A stretch of 64,000 nt of DNA. Source: Nanobdellota archaeon. GTDB lineage: Archaea; Nanobdellota; Nanobdellia; CSSed11-243R1. Each line of letters starts with the position of its first letter. Position 1 is the stretch's first letter. The position numbers were made by a program, and so were the translations under genes. A model generated the notes under the pieces. That model did no database searches. It was not told the DNA's origin and was given only the letters and a program-made list of their open reading frames with translations. Of the stretch, positions 17,992-26,580 are shown piece after piece. Location of the stretch: the NCBI GenBank assembly GCA_021162365.1, contig JAGGYW010000001.1:2906-66905 (forward strand), in the 5' to 3' direction.

Positions 17992-18660
17992 ATGAAAATC
18001 ACATATTTGGGACATGCTTCATTTTTAATTGAAAGTGGGAAAAAAATTTTAATTGATCCTTTTTTAAGTGGGAATCCAAAAGCTACAGCTAAGCCATCCG
18101 AAATAGAAGCAGATATAATACTTGTTACGCATGGACATGGAGATCATCTTGGCGACACAGTCGAAATTGTAAAAAACACAGGAGCAAAAGTAGTGGCAAT
18201 TCACGAGATTCAGCAGTTTTTGCTAAAGCAAGGAGTTAATGCAATTGGTATGAATATTGGAGGTAGCATAGAAATAGATGGAATAAAAATTACAATGGTG
18301 CCTGCAATCCATTCCTCTTCTTTTGATGATAAATATATGGGACATCCGGCAGGATTTGTTATTCGTTTTAGTGATGGTATTGTTTATCATGCAGGAGATA
18401 CAGGAATTTTTTGGGATATGAAATTAATACATGAATTATACTCTCCAGATATAGCTATACTCCCAATAGGGGATGTTTACACGATGGGACCAAAGGAAGC
18501 TGCAAAAGCAGTTGAGTTAATTAAGCCAAAAATTGTTATTCCTATGCACTATGGGACTTTTCCAGTTTTGACAGGAACGCCTGAGAAATTCAAAAAGCTT
18601 GTCAGCGATGCAGAGGTTTTAGTTTTTGAGATTGGAGAAACAAAAGAGGTGAAATTATGA
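17992..18660 (+). CDS. Metallo-beta-lactamase fold hydrolase (UPF0173-like)
   Basis: MKITYLGHASFLIE...VTHGHGDHLGD (HxHxDH motif), about 220 aa. Confidence 0.75.
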   Translation: MKITYLGHASFLIESGKKILIDPFLSGNPKATAKPSEIEADIILVTHGHGDHLGDTVEIVKNTGAKVVAIHEIQQFLLKQGVNAIGMNIGGSIEIDGIKITMVPAIHSSSFDDKYMGHPAGFVIRFSDGIVYHAGDTGIFWDMKLIHELYSPDIAILPIGDVYTMGPKEAAKAVELIKPKIVIPMHYGTFPVLTGTPEKFKKLVSDAEVLVFEIGETKEVKL

Positions 18661-18827
18661 ATAAGTTGTTTAAGGTGTGCGCAGATGTTGGAGATGACAT
18701 AATTGATTTTCTTCAGAGAGACAAATGGCATGCACTTTTGATTGGAATTTTATGTTTCATTTCTCCGGTGAATTTAATTATGTGGATAATGATGATTTGT
18801 TCTCTTTATAGAAAGAGAGTTAGGTAA
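18657..18827 (+). CDS. Possible 56-aa small membrane protein (below ORF-track cutoff)
   Basis: The ATG overlaps the upstream stop (ATGA at 18657-18660). It encodes MNKLFKVCADVGDDIIDFLQRDKWHALLIGILCFISPVNLIMWIMMICSLYRKRVR with one clear TM segment. Confidence 0.3.
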   Translation: MNKLFKVCADVGDDIIDFLQRDKWHALLIGILCFISPVNLIMWIMMICSLYRKRVR

Positions 18828-20205
18828 GGCTTTTGAAAAACTCAACAAAAAGCCTTACTCCCCATCCAGTCGCTCCTTTTTTTACATAATCTTTGTCTTC
18901 TTTTGACCAAAATGTTCCTGCCATATCTATATGTGCCCATGGGGTTTTGCCAACAAACTCTTTTAGAAATGCGGCTGCAGTTAATGAGCCAGCTGCCCCT
19001 CCTTCATAACCGATGTTTTTGATATCGGCAATATCACTTTTTATTACCTTGCTATACTCTTTGTAGAGAGGTAAATTCCAGACCCTTTCATTTGTTTTTT
19101 CTCCCGCCTTGAAAATTGATTTAATCAACTCTTCGTTATTTCCCATAAGTCCTGCAACATGATAACCAAGTGCAACTATGCATGCTCCTGTTAAGGTTGC
19201 AATATCTATGATTGCCTTTGGCTTCTTTTTCGATATGAAATAGATTGCATCCGCAAGTGCTAACCTACCTTCTGCATCTGTGTTTATTACTTCAACTGTC
19301 TTTCCAGACATAGAAGTTAGAATGTCGCCCGGCTTCATTGCATTTCCACCCGGCATGTTTTCAACACAAGGTATAACTCCAATTACATTTACAGGGAGCT
19401 TCAACTCTGCAATCGCGTTTATACCGCATGCAACTGCTGCCCCTCCAGCCATATCTCCCTTCATCTCACTCATTTTCTCTGATGGTTTTAATGAAATTCC
19501 TCCAGAGTCAAATGTAACTCCCTTACCAACTAAGGCATGAAATTCCTTGCTCTTCTTGTTCCCCCAATACTCGAGGACAACAAGTTTTGGCTCTTTGCTC
19601 GAGCCCTGCGCAACTCCAAGGAAACAACCCATTCCCATTCTTTCGATTTCTTTTTCGCCATATATCCTAATTTTGATTTTGTTCTTCTTTGATATTTCTT
19701 TTATTTTGCTTGCGAGAGCAGATGGCGTTGCATGATTAGATGGATTATTAACTAAATCTCTTGCGCAACAAACATATTTAGAAATTATTTGTCCTACCTC
19801 CATTCCTTTCTTAAACTTTAGCGGGCTAGTGGTTGCAAATGTAACTTCTTTAATTTCAATATCTTCTTTTTTTGTTTTAAATTTATCAAACTCGTAACTT
19901 GAAAGGATAACTCCTTCCGCAAGGGCTTGTCCGCCTATAACATAGTTGTCTAATTTTGGGACAGCGATTGTGATCTCATCTATTTTTAATTCTTTGGCGA
20001 ACCTTACAGCTTTTGCTCCGGCTTTTCTTAATTCCTCTGGGGAAAAGTCTTTCACAAAAATATCAATTACTCTCTCGGACAGGGATTTACTTTTGTCAAT
20101 ATCTACTTTTTTTGAACTATCTTTTTTAATTAGCACGAGAAGTTTAGCTTTAACTCTTTCTGCTGGGGCATCAACTACTTTTAGCTTCATTTTTTCACTC
20201 CTCAA
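18820..20205 (-). CDS. pepA: Leucyl aminopeptidase (M17 family)
   Basis: NTDAEGRL signature and VGKGVTFDSGG motif. Alternative start at 20190. Confidence 0.85.
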   Translation of the reverse strand: MRSEKMKLKVVDAPAERVKAKLLVLIKKDSSKKVDIDKSKSLSERVIDIFVKDFSPEELRKAGAKAVRFAKELKIDEITIAVPKLDNYVIGGQALAEGVILSSYEFDKFKTKKEDIEIKEVTFATTSPLKFKKGMEVGQIISKYVCCARDLVNNPSNHATPSALASKIKEISKKNKIKIRIYGEKEIERMGMGCFLGVAQGSSKEPKLVVLEYWGNKKSKEFHALVGKGVTFDSGGISLKPSEKMSEMKGDMAGGAAVACGINAIAELKLPVNVIGVIPCVENMPGGNAMKPGDILTSMSGKTVEVINTDAEGRLALADAIYFISKKKPKAIIDIATLTGACIVALGYHVAGLMGNNEELIKSIFKAGEKTNERVWNLPLYKEYSKVIKSDIADIKNIGYEGGAAGSLTAAAFLKEFVGKTPWAHIDMAGTFWSKEDKDYVKKGATGWGVRLFVEFFKSLT

Positions 20206-20413
20206 CTTTTATTGCATGGGTTGGACATTGTTCTTCAGCTTGTTTATTACATCCAACATCTTCAACTTCTTTTTCAAAAATGTTGCTGCTTACTTCTTCA
20301 CTTCCCTTTAAATGTGATTTACCATCTTCACCCATTTCCCAATGCTCTGGACAGAGAGCTGCACAATATCCACATCCAATACATTTTTCCTTGTCATGAA
20401 TAATCTTTGCCAT
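20195..20413 (-). CDS. 4Fe-4S ferredoxin
   Basis: 72 aa with CIGCGYCAALCP plus distal CNKQAEEQCP cysteines. Confidence 0.7.
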   Translation of the reverse strand: MAKIIHDKEKCIGCGYCAALCPEHWEMGEDGKSHLKGSEEVSSNIFEKEVEDVGCNKQAEEQCPTHAIKVEE

Positions 20414-20439
20414 TTCAACTCACCGCTTTTTAGAAAAAG

Positions 20440-21084
20440 TTACTTGTTTAAATATTCATCTATGAGTTTGATTGAATGCTCGCCAGTAATTCCATCCTTC
20501 AACTGTTCTTTGTCTTTTTCTAGAGAGTTTAATAATTCCTTTAAGAATCTCTCTGCCATTTCTGGTGCATACATTTCTAATACCTTTTTTAATGAGCTAA
20601 TTCCATTACATAGAATATAATCCTGACCAAATGTGCTGCCGACATAATATGTTCCTTCGCGAGAAAGAGATATACCTCTTGTGTCGACTGTAAGATTTCC
20701 GCCCCTGTTTCTCATTTCGGGACCGGCTAATGATAATATTATTCCTTTTTTCTTTGAATGTCTTTCAACTTCTAATGTGTCTTCTATTCCTTCTTTTTTG
20801 AAGAAGACAGGTTCTACGAGCGAGCTTGAAGTACTGTTATCTATTCCGATACATAATCCTGATGCGATGTACTCTATTTCTCCCTCCCTTATCCACGTTT
20901 CACCATTGAGGTATTCCTTTTTTCCACCTCTTAATGAAACAACACTTAGATATAGGATGGGTGAAGTTAATTTTACCTTTCCTGGCTTTTCCATTTCTTG
21001 AAGGTATCCACTTATTGCCATATATTCAACTAGTGTGCGAAGTTCACTATATGGTATAACACTTTCTAGCTTCAAGAGAGTCAC
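20440..21084 (-). CDS. Hypothetical protein
   Basis: 214-aa ORF. No motif recognised. Confidence 0.4.
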   Translation of the reverse strand: MTLLKLESVIPYSELRTLVEYMAISGYLQEMEKPGKVKLTSPILYLSVVSLRGGKKEYLNGETWIREGEIEYIASGLCIGIDNSTSSSLVEPVFFKKEGIEDTLEVERHSKKKGIILSLAGPEMRNRGGNLTVDTRGISLSREGTYYVGSTFGQDYILCNGISSLKKVLEMYAPEMAERFLKELLNSLEKDKEQLKDGITGEHSIKLIDEYLNK

Positions 21085-21160
21085 CCCTATAGTAAAGTAA
21101 CAGGGCAGTTAAATATTTTTTCCCAAAGAATTTATAAATCCTATTGAGGTAGAATATACT

Positions 21161-22570
21161 ATGGTATCAAAAAAGTTAATGGTAATTTTAGTTTTTGCAA
21201 TTGCATTTTTTGGCATTTTAAGCACCGCACATGCGGATTTAGGAAATATAAAATATAGTGTAAATGTCATCAATGATAAGGCAAGACCAGGAGAGAAACT
21301 AGAATATAATGTTACATTACGTAATGATGGAACATCGCCCATTAAGCTGAGTTTGAATGTATTATTCACAGGAATTACTGAGGTTAAGCCAAGTGTATTT
21401 ACACTTGATCCAGGTGCTGAGCAACTTGTGCATGTTGCTTTAACCGTAAAATCTGATCAAAAACCAGGCAGAATTTTGATTAAGTTGCTTGTGTTTGACG
21501 ACGCGGGCAATTCTCTTGATCCTCCAATATATTTACAGGGAGAAATACTCGAATCTCCTAAATTGTTTGAGTCTGTAAAAATAAATAAGGTGGAGGTAGA
21601 GCCGAAAGTTTTGGATCCACGAAATCCATTTTCTATTAAGTTTGAAGTTTACAATCCAATAAAAACAGTTGTTGTTCCGTTAGAAGTTACATCTGATATA
21701 GAAGGATTTAGCTATAGAATTGAAAATCAAACTGTAAGTGAGGGAACAAACACAATAACCATTAGCAATTTAACTCTTCCACCAGATGCAGCACCGGGTA
21801 ATCATACTTTTACAGTAAGGTTGTTATTTTTCGGCGGTGTTGTTTCTGAAGGCAGCACTGTTGCAGGCGTAGTTAGTTATTCTAACTGTGTAATTGATGA
21901 ACGCACAGATGTTAGTTTAATTGGGAAAACATATACTGCAAGCGTTAAGAACACCGGAACCGAAGAAGCAAATTGTGTAGTTTCCTCCCAAGTTACAGGC
22001 ATCGAAAAAGCATTGGTTACCTCTATTACGGAAGGTTATGCTTATGAGGATGGGCAATTTGTTTGGAAGTTGAACATTTCCCCTGGCTCAGAAGTAATTG
22101 TTAAATACAACATTAGTTATGTGCCAATTCTTGCGATTCCATTTATTGTAATTGCAGCTGTTGCAGCAATCTGGTACTTAACAAGAAAGGTTACAATCAA
22201 AAAGGAGCTTGTTGATTACAAGAGATATCCTGGGTTCATGGATTTGAAGATACAGCTTAAGGTAAGAAACTTAACTAACAATGAGCTAAGGAATGTGAAA
22301 GTTTCTGATATGCTTCCAGCATTTGTGAAGGAAGTAAGGGACTATGGAACAATTCCTGGCGAGGTTAAGAAGAAAGGCAAGTCAAAGATGGTAGTGTGGG
22401 AAATTGAGAGCATTAAGCCAAGGGAAGAGAGAGTTCTTTCATATAAGATTAGAACTTCTCTGGAAGTTTTAGGTAACATAACCTTTGCACCAGCAAAAGT
22501 GGAGTTCAAGGACATTAATGGAAACAAAGTTGAAGAGTTTTCGAACACACTTTCAATTGAAGTTGAGTAA
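21161..22570 (+). CDS. Secreted surface protein with repeated beta-sandwich (CARDB/COG1361-like) modules and a TM segment
   Basis: Sec-type signal (AFFGILSTAHA). Repeated N.G-type modules (VTLRNDGTSPIKL, ASVKNTGTEEANC). TM segment ILAIPFIVIAAVAAIWYL. The C-terminal domain looks DUF11-like. Confidence 0.55.
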   Translation: MVSKKLMVILVFAIAFFGILSTAHADLGNIKYSVNVINDKARPGEKLEYNVTLRNDGTSPIKLSLNVLFTGITEVKPSVFTLDPGAEQLVHVALTVKSDQKPGRILIKLLVFDDAGNSLDPPIYLQGEILESPKLFESVKINKVEVEPKVLDPRNPFSIKFEVYNPIKTVVVPLEVTSDIEGFSYRIENQTVSEGTNTITISNLTLPPDAAPGNHTFTVRLLFFGGVVSEGSTVAGVVSYSNCVIDERTDVSLIGKTYTASVKNTGTEEANCVVSSQVTGIEKALVTSITEGYAYEDGQFVWKLNISPGSEVIVKYNISYVPILAIPFIVIAAVAAIWYLTRKVTIKKELVDYKRYPGFMDLKIQLKVRNLTNNELRNVKVSDMLPAFVKEVRDYGTIPGEVKKKGKSKMVVWEIESIKPREERVLSYKIRTSLEVLGNITFAPAKVEFKDINGNKVEEFSNTLSIEVE

Positions 22571-22590
22571 TTTCTTCTTTTTTATTTTTG
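22571..22590 (+). terminator. T-rich terminator candidate
   Basis: TTTCTTCTTTTTTATTTTTG lies immediately after the stop at 22570. Archaeal terminators are oligo-T tracts. Confidence 0.35.
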
Positions 22591-22596
22591 TTAAAA

Positions 22597-22609
22597 AACT
22601 TTTTAAAGC
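22597..22609 (+). promoter_or_regulatory. TATA-box candidate for tRNA-Tyr
   Basis: AACTTTTTAAAGC is centred about 30 nt upstream of 22632. Confidence 0.4.
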
Positions 22610-22631
22610 AACAAATTTCTACTTAAATTGT

Positions 22632-22787
22632 CCCGGCGTAGCTCAATGGTAGAGCGCACGGCTGTAGTGGGATGATGGAGAAATCCATCGTTGAAACCGT
22701 GAGGTTGCTGGTTCGACCAAGCCTTTCTTCCCGAAGAAAGCCTTGAGGGAAAGAAGGGGAGAGGCTTCGAGTTTCCGGCCGCCGGGA
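22632..22787 (+). tRNA. tRNA-Tyr (GTA) with two introns (37/38 and T-loop 58/59)
   Basis: Acceptor CCCGGCG/CGCCGGG+A. D arm GCTC-AATGGTA-GAGC. Anticodon stem CACGG/CCGTG with loop CTGTAG. T arm GCTGG-TTCGA..TT-CCGGC. Approximate introns 22668-22695 and 22717-22772. Confidence 0.8.
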
Positions 22788-22795
22788 CTTCAAAA

Positions 22796-22810
22796 GTTTT
22801 TTAAATATAC
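22796..22810 (+). promoter_or_regulatory. TATA-box candidate for tRNA-Asp
   Basis: GTTTTTTAAATATAC is centred about 29 nt upstream of 22832. Confidence 0.4.
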
Positions 22811-22831
22811 TCACCTAATGAAAAAGTTAGT

Positions 22832-23066
22832 GCCCCGATAGTCTAGCGACCTTTTCTCCCGAGAAAAGCTCGACCAAAAGAGGGAGAAAAGAGCGGACAA
22901 TGGCCTAGGATCCCGGTCTGTCGAGCGGCCCTTCTTAGAAAGAAGCGCCGGCGGAAGAAATTCCGGGAGTGCAGTAAGCCGGGGACCCGGGACACCTTTT
23001 CTTTCAAAAAGAAAAGCTGTACCAAAAGAAAGGGAAGGTGCGGGAATTCAAATCCCGGTCGGGGCG
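22832..23066 (+). tRNA. tRNA-Asp (GTC) with three introns (D-loop, anticodon loop, T-arm 53/54)
   Basis: Acceptor GCCCCGA/TCGGGGC+G. D stem GTCT/GGAT. Anticodon stem CCGGT/GCCGG with loop CTGTCG. T arm CCGGG-TTCAAAT-CCCGG. Approximate introns 22848-22901, 22925-22977 and 22992-23046 leave a 73-nt mature tRNA. Confidence 0.8.
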
Positions 23067-23269
23067 CTTTTTCATTTGGTGATTCTTGTGAAGGTTCTCC
23101 AGCCAAGGTTTAGGAAGGGTAAGAAGAAAAGAAAGAAGTTACGTTCAAAGCAGTTAAAAAAGCAGAAGAGCAGAGGTCGTAAAAGAAATAGAAATAGGAA
23201 GAGAAGATAACTTCAACTTAATCTAAATCTATGGAAACTTTAAAATATTCTATATGTTTTGAGTTTGAT

Positions 23270-24511
23270 ATGGATAAAAAAGTTTTAGCCGGAATTGCAC
23301 TTTTATTCTTAGTTGTTTTTGTATTTGGTTGTATTAATCAACCACAACATAACGAGGTAATTAAGCTTAATGATACTGGTTGGACGCAAAGCAGTGTTGC
23401 TTCTATTGCCAAGTCAAATAATGAGTTTGCAATAGATTTGTATTTAAAATATGCGAGTAACTTTAATGATGAAAATGTTTTCTTTTCACCTTATAGTGTT
23501 TCCTCTGCTTTTGCTATGGTTTACGAAGGTGCAGATGGAAAAACAGCAGGAGAAATAAAAGATGTTTTTCATTTTCCTGAGAACAGGAGTGAGTTAAGAG
23601 TCTCATTTGCACACATATATAACATACTTAATTCCGAAAATGAAAATTACACATTAAAAACTGCAAATGCTCTTTGGGCTCAAAAAGATTACCCATTCTC
23701 ACAAGAGTATTTTGACACTATTAAGAACTACTATGGCGGAAAAGTTACAAATGTTGATTTTATTAACAAATCAGAAGAAGCTCGACGGATGATAAATAGT
23801 TGGGTGGAAAGCCAGACGAACGATAAGATAAAAGATTTAATTCCACCTAATGTGTTAACTCCTGACACTCGGCTTGTCTTGACAAATGCAATTTACTTTA
23901 AGGGGAATTGGACCCACCCATTTGATAAAGATTCAACTCATGAAGAAACATTTCAGTCGCCAAAAGGAAATATTAGTGTAGATATGATGTATGTAAAAGC
24001 TGATTTTAATTATTATGAAAATGATGAAGTTCAGGTTTTAGAGTTGCCATACGAAGGGGAAAATCTTTCAATGGTTGTATTTCTTCCAAAAGGAGATTTA
24101 AGCGATTTTGAGAATAATTTGAGCTTGGAGAAAATTGAAAATTTAACTCAACAAATGAGCAAAAAGGAAGTTAGCGTCTACCTTCCAAAGTTTAAGTTTG
24201 AAACAAAATATTTCATGGTAGATGATTTAAAAGAAATGGGGATGCCGACAGCATTTTCTGCAAATGCAGACTTTACCGGGATGTCTAAGAGGGGAGGATT
24301 GTTTATTCAAAATGTGATCCATCAGGCGTATATTGATGTGAATGAAGAGGGAACAGAAGCTGCGGCTGCAACTGGCATAGTTGTTGGTGTAACAGGAATA
24401 ATTGAGCCAACTATTTTTAAGGCGGACCACCCATTCATGTTTGTGATTCTGGAGGAAAATACGGGAGAAATGTTATTTGTTGGAAGAGTTATGTCACCAA
24501 ATTACGAGTAA
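23270..24511 (+). CDS. Serpin (serine protease inhibitor), lipoprotein-type signal peptide
   Basis: FFSPYSVSSAFAMVYEGADGKTAGEI, hinge/RCL EEGTEAAAATGIVVGV and FKADHPFMFVI. The signal peptide ends in FVFGCINQ. Start at MDKKVLAG (23270) is preferred over 23231. Confidence 0.8.
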   Translation: MDKKVLAGIALLFLVVFVFGCINQPQHNEVIKLNDTGWTQSSVASIAKSNNEFAIDLYLKYASNFNDENVFFSPYSVSSAFAMVYEGADGKTAGEIKDVFHFPENRSELRVSFAHIYNILNSENENYTLKTANALWAQKDYPFSQEYFDTIKNYYGGKVTNVDFINKSEEARRMINSWVESQTNDKIKDLIPPNVLTPDTRLVLTNAIYFKGNWTHPFDKDSTHEETFQSPKGNISVDMMYVKADFNYYENDEVQVLELPYEGENLSMVVFLPKGDLSDFENNLSLEKIENLTQQMSKKEVSVYLPKFKFETKYFMVDDLKEMGMPTAFSANADFTGMSKRGGLFIQNVIHQAYIDVNEEGTEAAAATGIVVGVTGIIEPTIFKADHPFMFVILEENTGEMLFVGRVMSPNYE

Positions 24512-24660
24512 AGCGTGTTCTTCTTTTCCGGGCGCGCTTTTGCTTGCAAAAGGGTGCATAGAAAAATATATAAATGAAAAAAAAGCTCACAAAGGTATGT
24601 TTGAGGGCTTTCAGGGACAATTTATGCAGAAATTTCTATCAACTTCTAAAAATTCAGCTT

Positions 24661-24774
24661 GGGCCCGTAGCTCAGCCTGGTCAGAGCGCCTGTTTCAAAT
24701 TCTCTCAGATTCACTTGAGTTTGAAGGTGATGCTTTTAACCAGGAGGTCAGGGGTTCAAATCCCCCCGGGCCCA
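24661..24774 (+). tRNA. tRNA-Lys (TTT) with an intron inside the anticodon stem (about 30/31)
   Basis: Acceptor GGGCCCG/CGGGCCC+A. D arm GCTC-AGCCTGGTCA-GAGC. The 5' anticodon stem CCTG|G is interrupted by about 39 nt (24693-24731). Loop CTTTTAA, 3' stem CCAGG, T loop TTCAAAT. Confidence 0.75.
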
Positions 24775-24812
24775 TACAGTTCGAGTTTCAGTTAAAGTGG
24801 TGAGTCGAAAGT

Positions 24813-25088
24813 ATGGTGACAAAAAAATCAAAAAAGGAGGAAAAGCCGATTGACATATTTAAGAGTAGGCTTGTTCCTGAATGTAGGGTATTGTCTGAGG
24901 ATGAAGAAAAGAAGTTACTTGAGCAATACAATATTTCCAAAAGGCAATTACCACTTATATTTTCCACAGACCCTGTTGTGAAAGCGCTTGGTGCAAAAGT
25001 GGGGAATGTAATTGAATTCACCCGTAAAAGCAAGACAGCTGGTCTGTCGAAGTATTATAGGGTTGTTGTAGGTGGAATCCGTGGATAA
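24813..25088 (+). CDS. rpoH: DNA-directed RNA polymerase subunit H (Rpo5)
   Basis: [30 protein letters not shown]...[21 protein letters not shown]. Sits at the head of the rpo operon. Confidence 0.85.
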   Translation: MVTKKSKKEEKPIDIFKSRLVPECRVLSEDEEKKLLEQYNISKRQLPLIFSTDPVVKALGAKVGNVIEFTRKSKTAGLSKYYRVVVGGIRG

Positions 25089-26580
25089 AGAAACATCACA
25101 ATTTTTGTTGAAGAAGTATTTTGATTATCATTCCTTTACTGACCACAATATAAAATCGTTTAACAAGTTTATCAAATATGGCATGCAAAGAGTTGTGGAT
25201 GAAGTTGGAGAAATTGTTCCAGATATTCTTCCAATCGGGGTTAGAGATTTGAAGATAAAGCTTGGGAAAATATGGGTAGAAAAGCCAATGATTAAAGAAG
25301 CAGATGGCTCAAGAAGAAAGATTTATCCCATGGAAGCAAGGATGAGAAACTTAACTTACGAAGCACCAATCCTTTTGGAGATGAGTATAGTTCAAGGTGG
25401 GGAAGAAAAAGATAAGCAAGTAATACAAATAGGGAGCATTCCTATAATGTTGCGTTCTGATAATTGTTATCTAAGTGGGATGTCCAAAGAAGAATTAATT
25501 GAAGCTGGTGAGGACCCAGAAGATCCAGGTGCATATTTCATAATTAACGGCACCGAAAGGGTTGTTGTTATTGTTGAGGATTTAGTTACAAACAAACTTT
25601 TAGTAGATGTTCAAAAGACAGGTACCTATCCTTATGTTGGTAAAATATTTAGCGAAGATGGACAATATAATATCCCACATACATTAGAAAAGGCAAAAGA
25701 TGGGACAATTTATGTTTCCTTCACAAAGCTTCAAAAGGTGCCATTTGCACTTTTAATGAAAGCATTAGGAATGACAAAGGACAAGGACATCATAGAAGCA
25801 ATATCAACTGAATCTAAATTTTCTTCAGACCTATATATAAATCTATATGAAGCACAGGGAATAAAGAAACCAGAAGATGCCTTAGAGACAATTGGTGGTA
25901 GGTTTATTGGGATTAATATTCCTGAGAAAAGAATTGAAAGGGCAGAAGAAATGATTGATAAATTTTTCTTGCCACATATCGGCCACTCAAGAGAATCAAG
26001 GGTGCTTAAGGCCATGTTTTTGGCGCGAGCTGTTAAGAAACTACTACTTGTTTCATATGGCGAAGTTGAACCAGATGATAAGGACCACTATGCAAACAAA
26101 AGATTGAGATTATGTGGTGATTTATTAGAAAACTTGTTTAGGTTCTCATTTAGAATGCTTATTGGGGATGCAAAGTATAACTTTGAAAGATTAGTAAAGC
26201 GTGGAAGGATCCCAAATCTTCAATCTGTTGTCCGTTCGCAACTTTTGACTTCACGTTTAAGAAGTGCATTGGCAACTGGCGAATGGATAGGAGATAGGCA
26301 TGGAATTTCACAGCACCTTGATAGGTTGAATTATTATGCAACACTTTCGCACATTAGGAGAGTTGTATCTCTTTTGACTGCAAGCAGGGAGAATTTCGAG
26401 GCACGTGACTTGCATCCGACCCACTGGGGCAGGTTATGTACATCTGAAACTCCAGAAGGTGTAAATGTAGGTTTAAGAAAGAATCTTGCTATTACATGTG
26501 AAATTTCAACTGATCCAGAAATGAGTGAGGATGAAATAATATCTAAAATCCAAAAGTTAGGTCTTAAGAGGGTAAGGTAA
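25072..26580 (+). CDS. rpoB2: DNA-directed RNA polymerase subunit B'' (N-terminal half of Rpo2)
   Basis: GTG start overlaps rpoH. Typical N-terminal Rpo2 sequence ([42 protein letters not shown]). Confidence 0.9.
   Translation: MESVDKETSQFLLKKYFDYHSFTDHNIKSFNKFIKYGMQRVVDEVGEIVPDILPIGVRDLKIKLGKIWVEKPMIKEADGSRRKIYPMEARMRNLTYEAPILLEMSIVQGGEEKDKQVIQIGSIPIMLRSDNCYLSGMSKEELIEAGEDPEDPGAYFIINGTERVVVIVEDLVTNKLLVDVQKTGTYPYVGKIFSEDGQYNIPHTLEKAKDGTIYVSFTKLQKVPFALLMKALGMTKDKDIIEAISTESKFSSDLYINLYEAQGIKKPEDALETIGGRFIGINIPEKRIERAEEMIDKFFLPHIGHSRESRVLKAMFLARAVKKLLLVSYGEVEPDDKDHYANKRLRLCGDLLENLFRFSFRMLIGDAKYNFERLVKRGRIPNLQSVVRSQLLTSRLRSALATGEWIGDRHGISQHLDRLNYYATLSHIRRVVSLLTASRENFEARDLHPTHWGRLCTSETPEGVNVGLRKNLAITCEISTDPEMSEDEIISKIQKLGLKRVR

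Noticed and set aside
22668-22695. C/D-box sRNA inside the tRNA-Tyr anticodon-loop intron (GGGATGATGG ... TTGA)
   Set aside because: The intron is only 28 nt. The C-box match is imperfect (ends in G rather than A), there is no CUGA D box and there is no room for a guide region.
16808-23066. CRISPR-like array suggested by recurring hairpins
   Set aside because: The repeats differ in sequence and length and the spacing is irregular. They are embedded in tRNA genes, and no cas genes are in the window.
24528-24570. Hairpin CTTTTGC-TT-GCAAAAG plus GGTGCAT-AGAAAAA after the serpin as a 14th module
   Set aside because: The arms are not homopurine/homopyrimidine, the loop is too short and the mirror is poor. 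It is more simply a serpin terminator hairpin.
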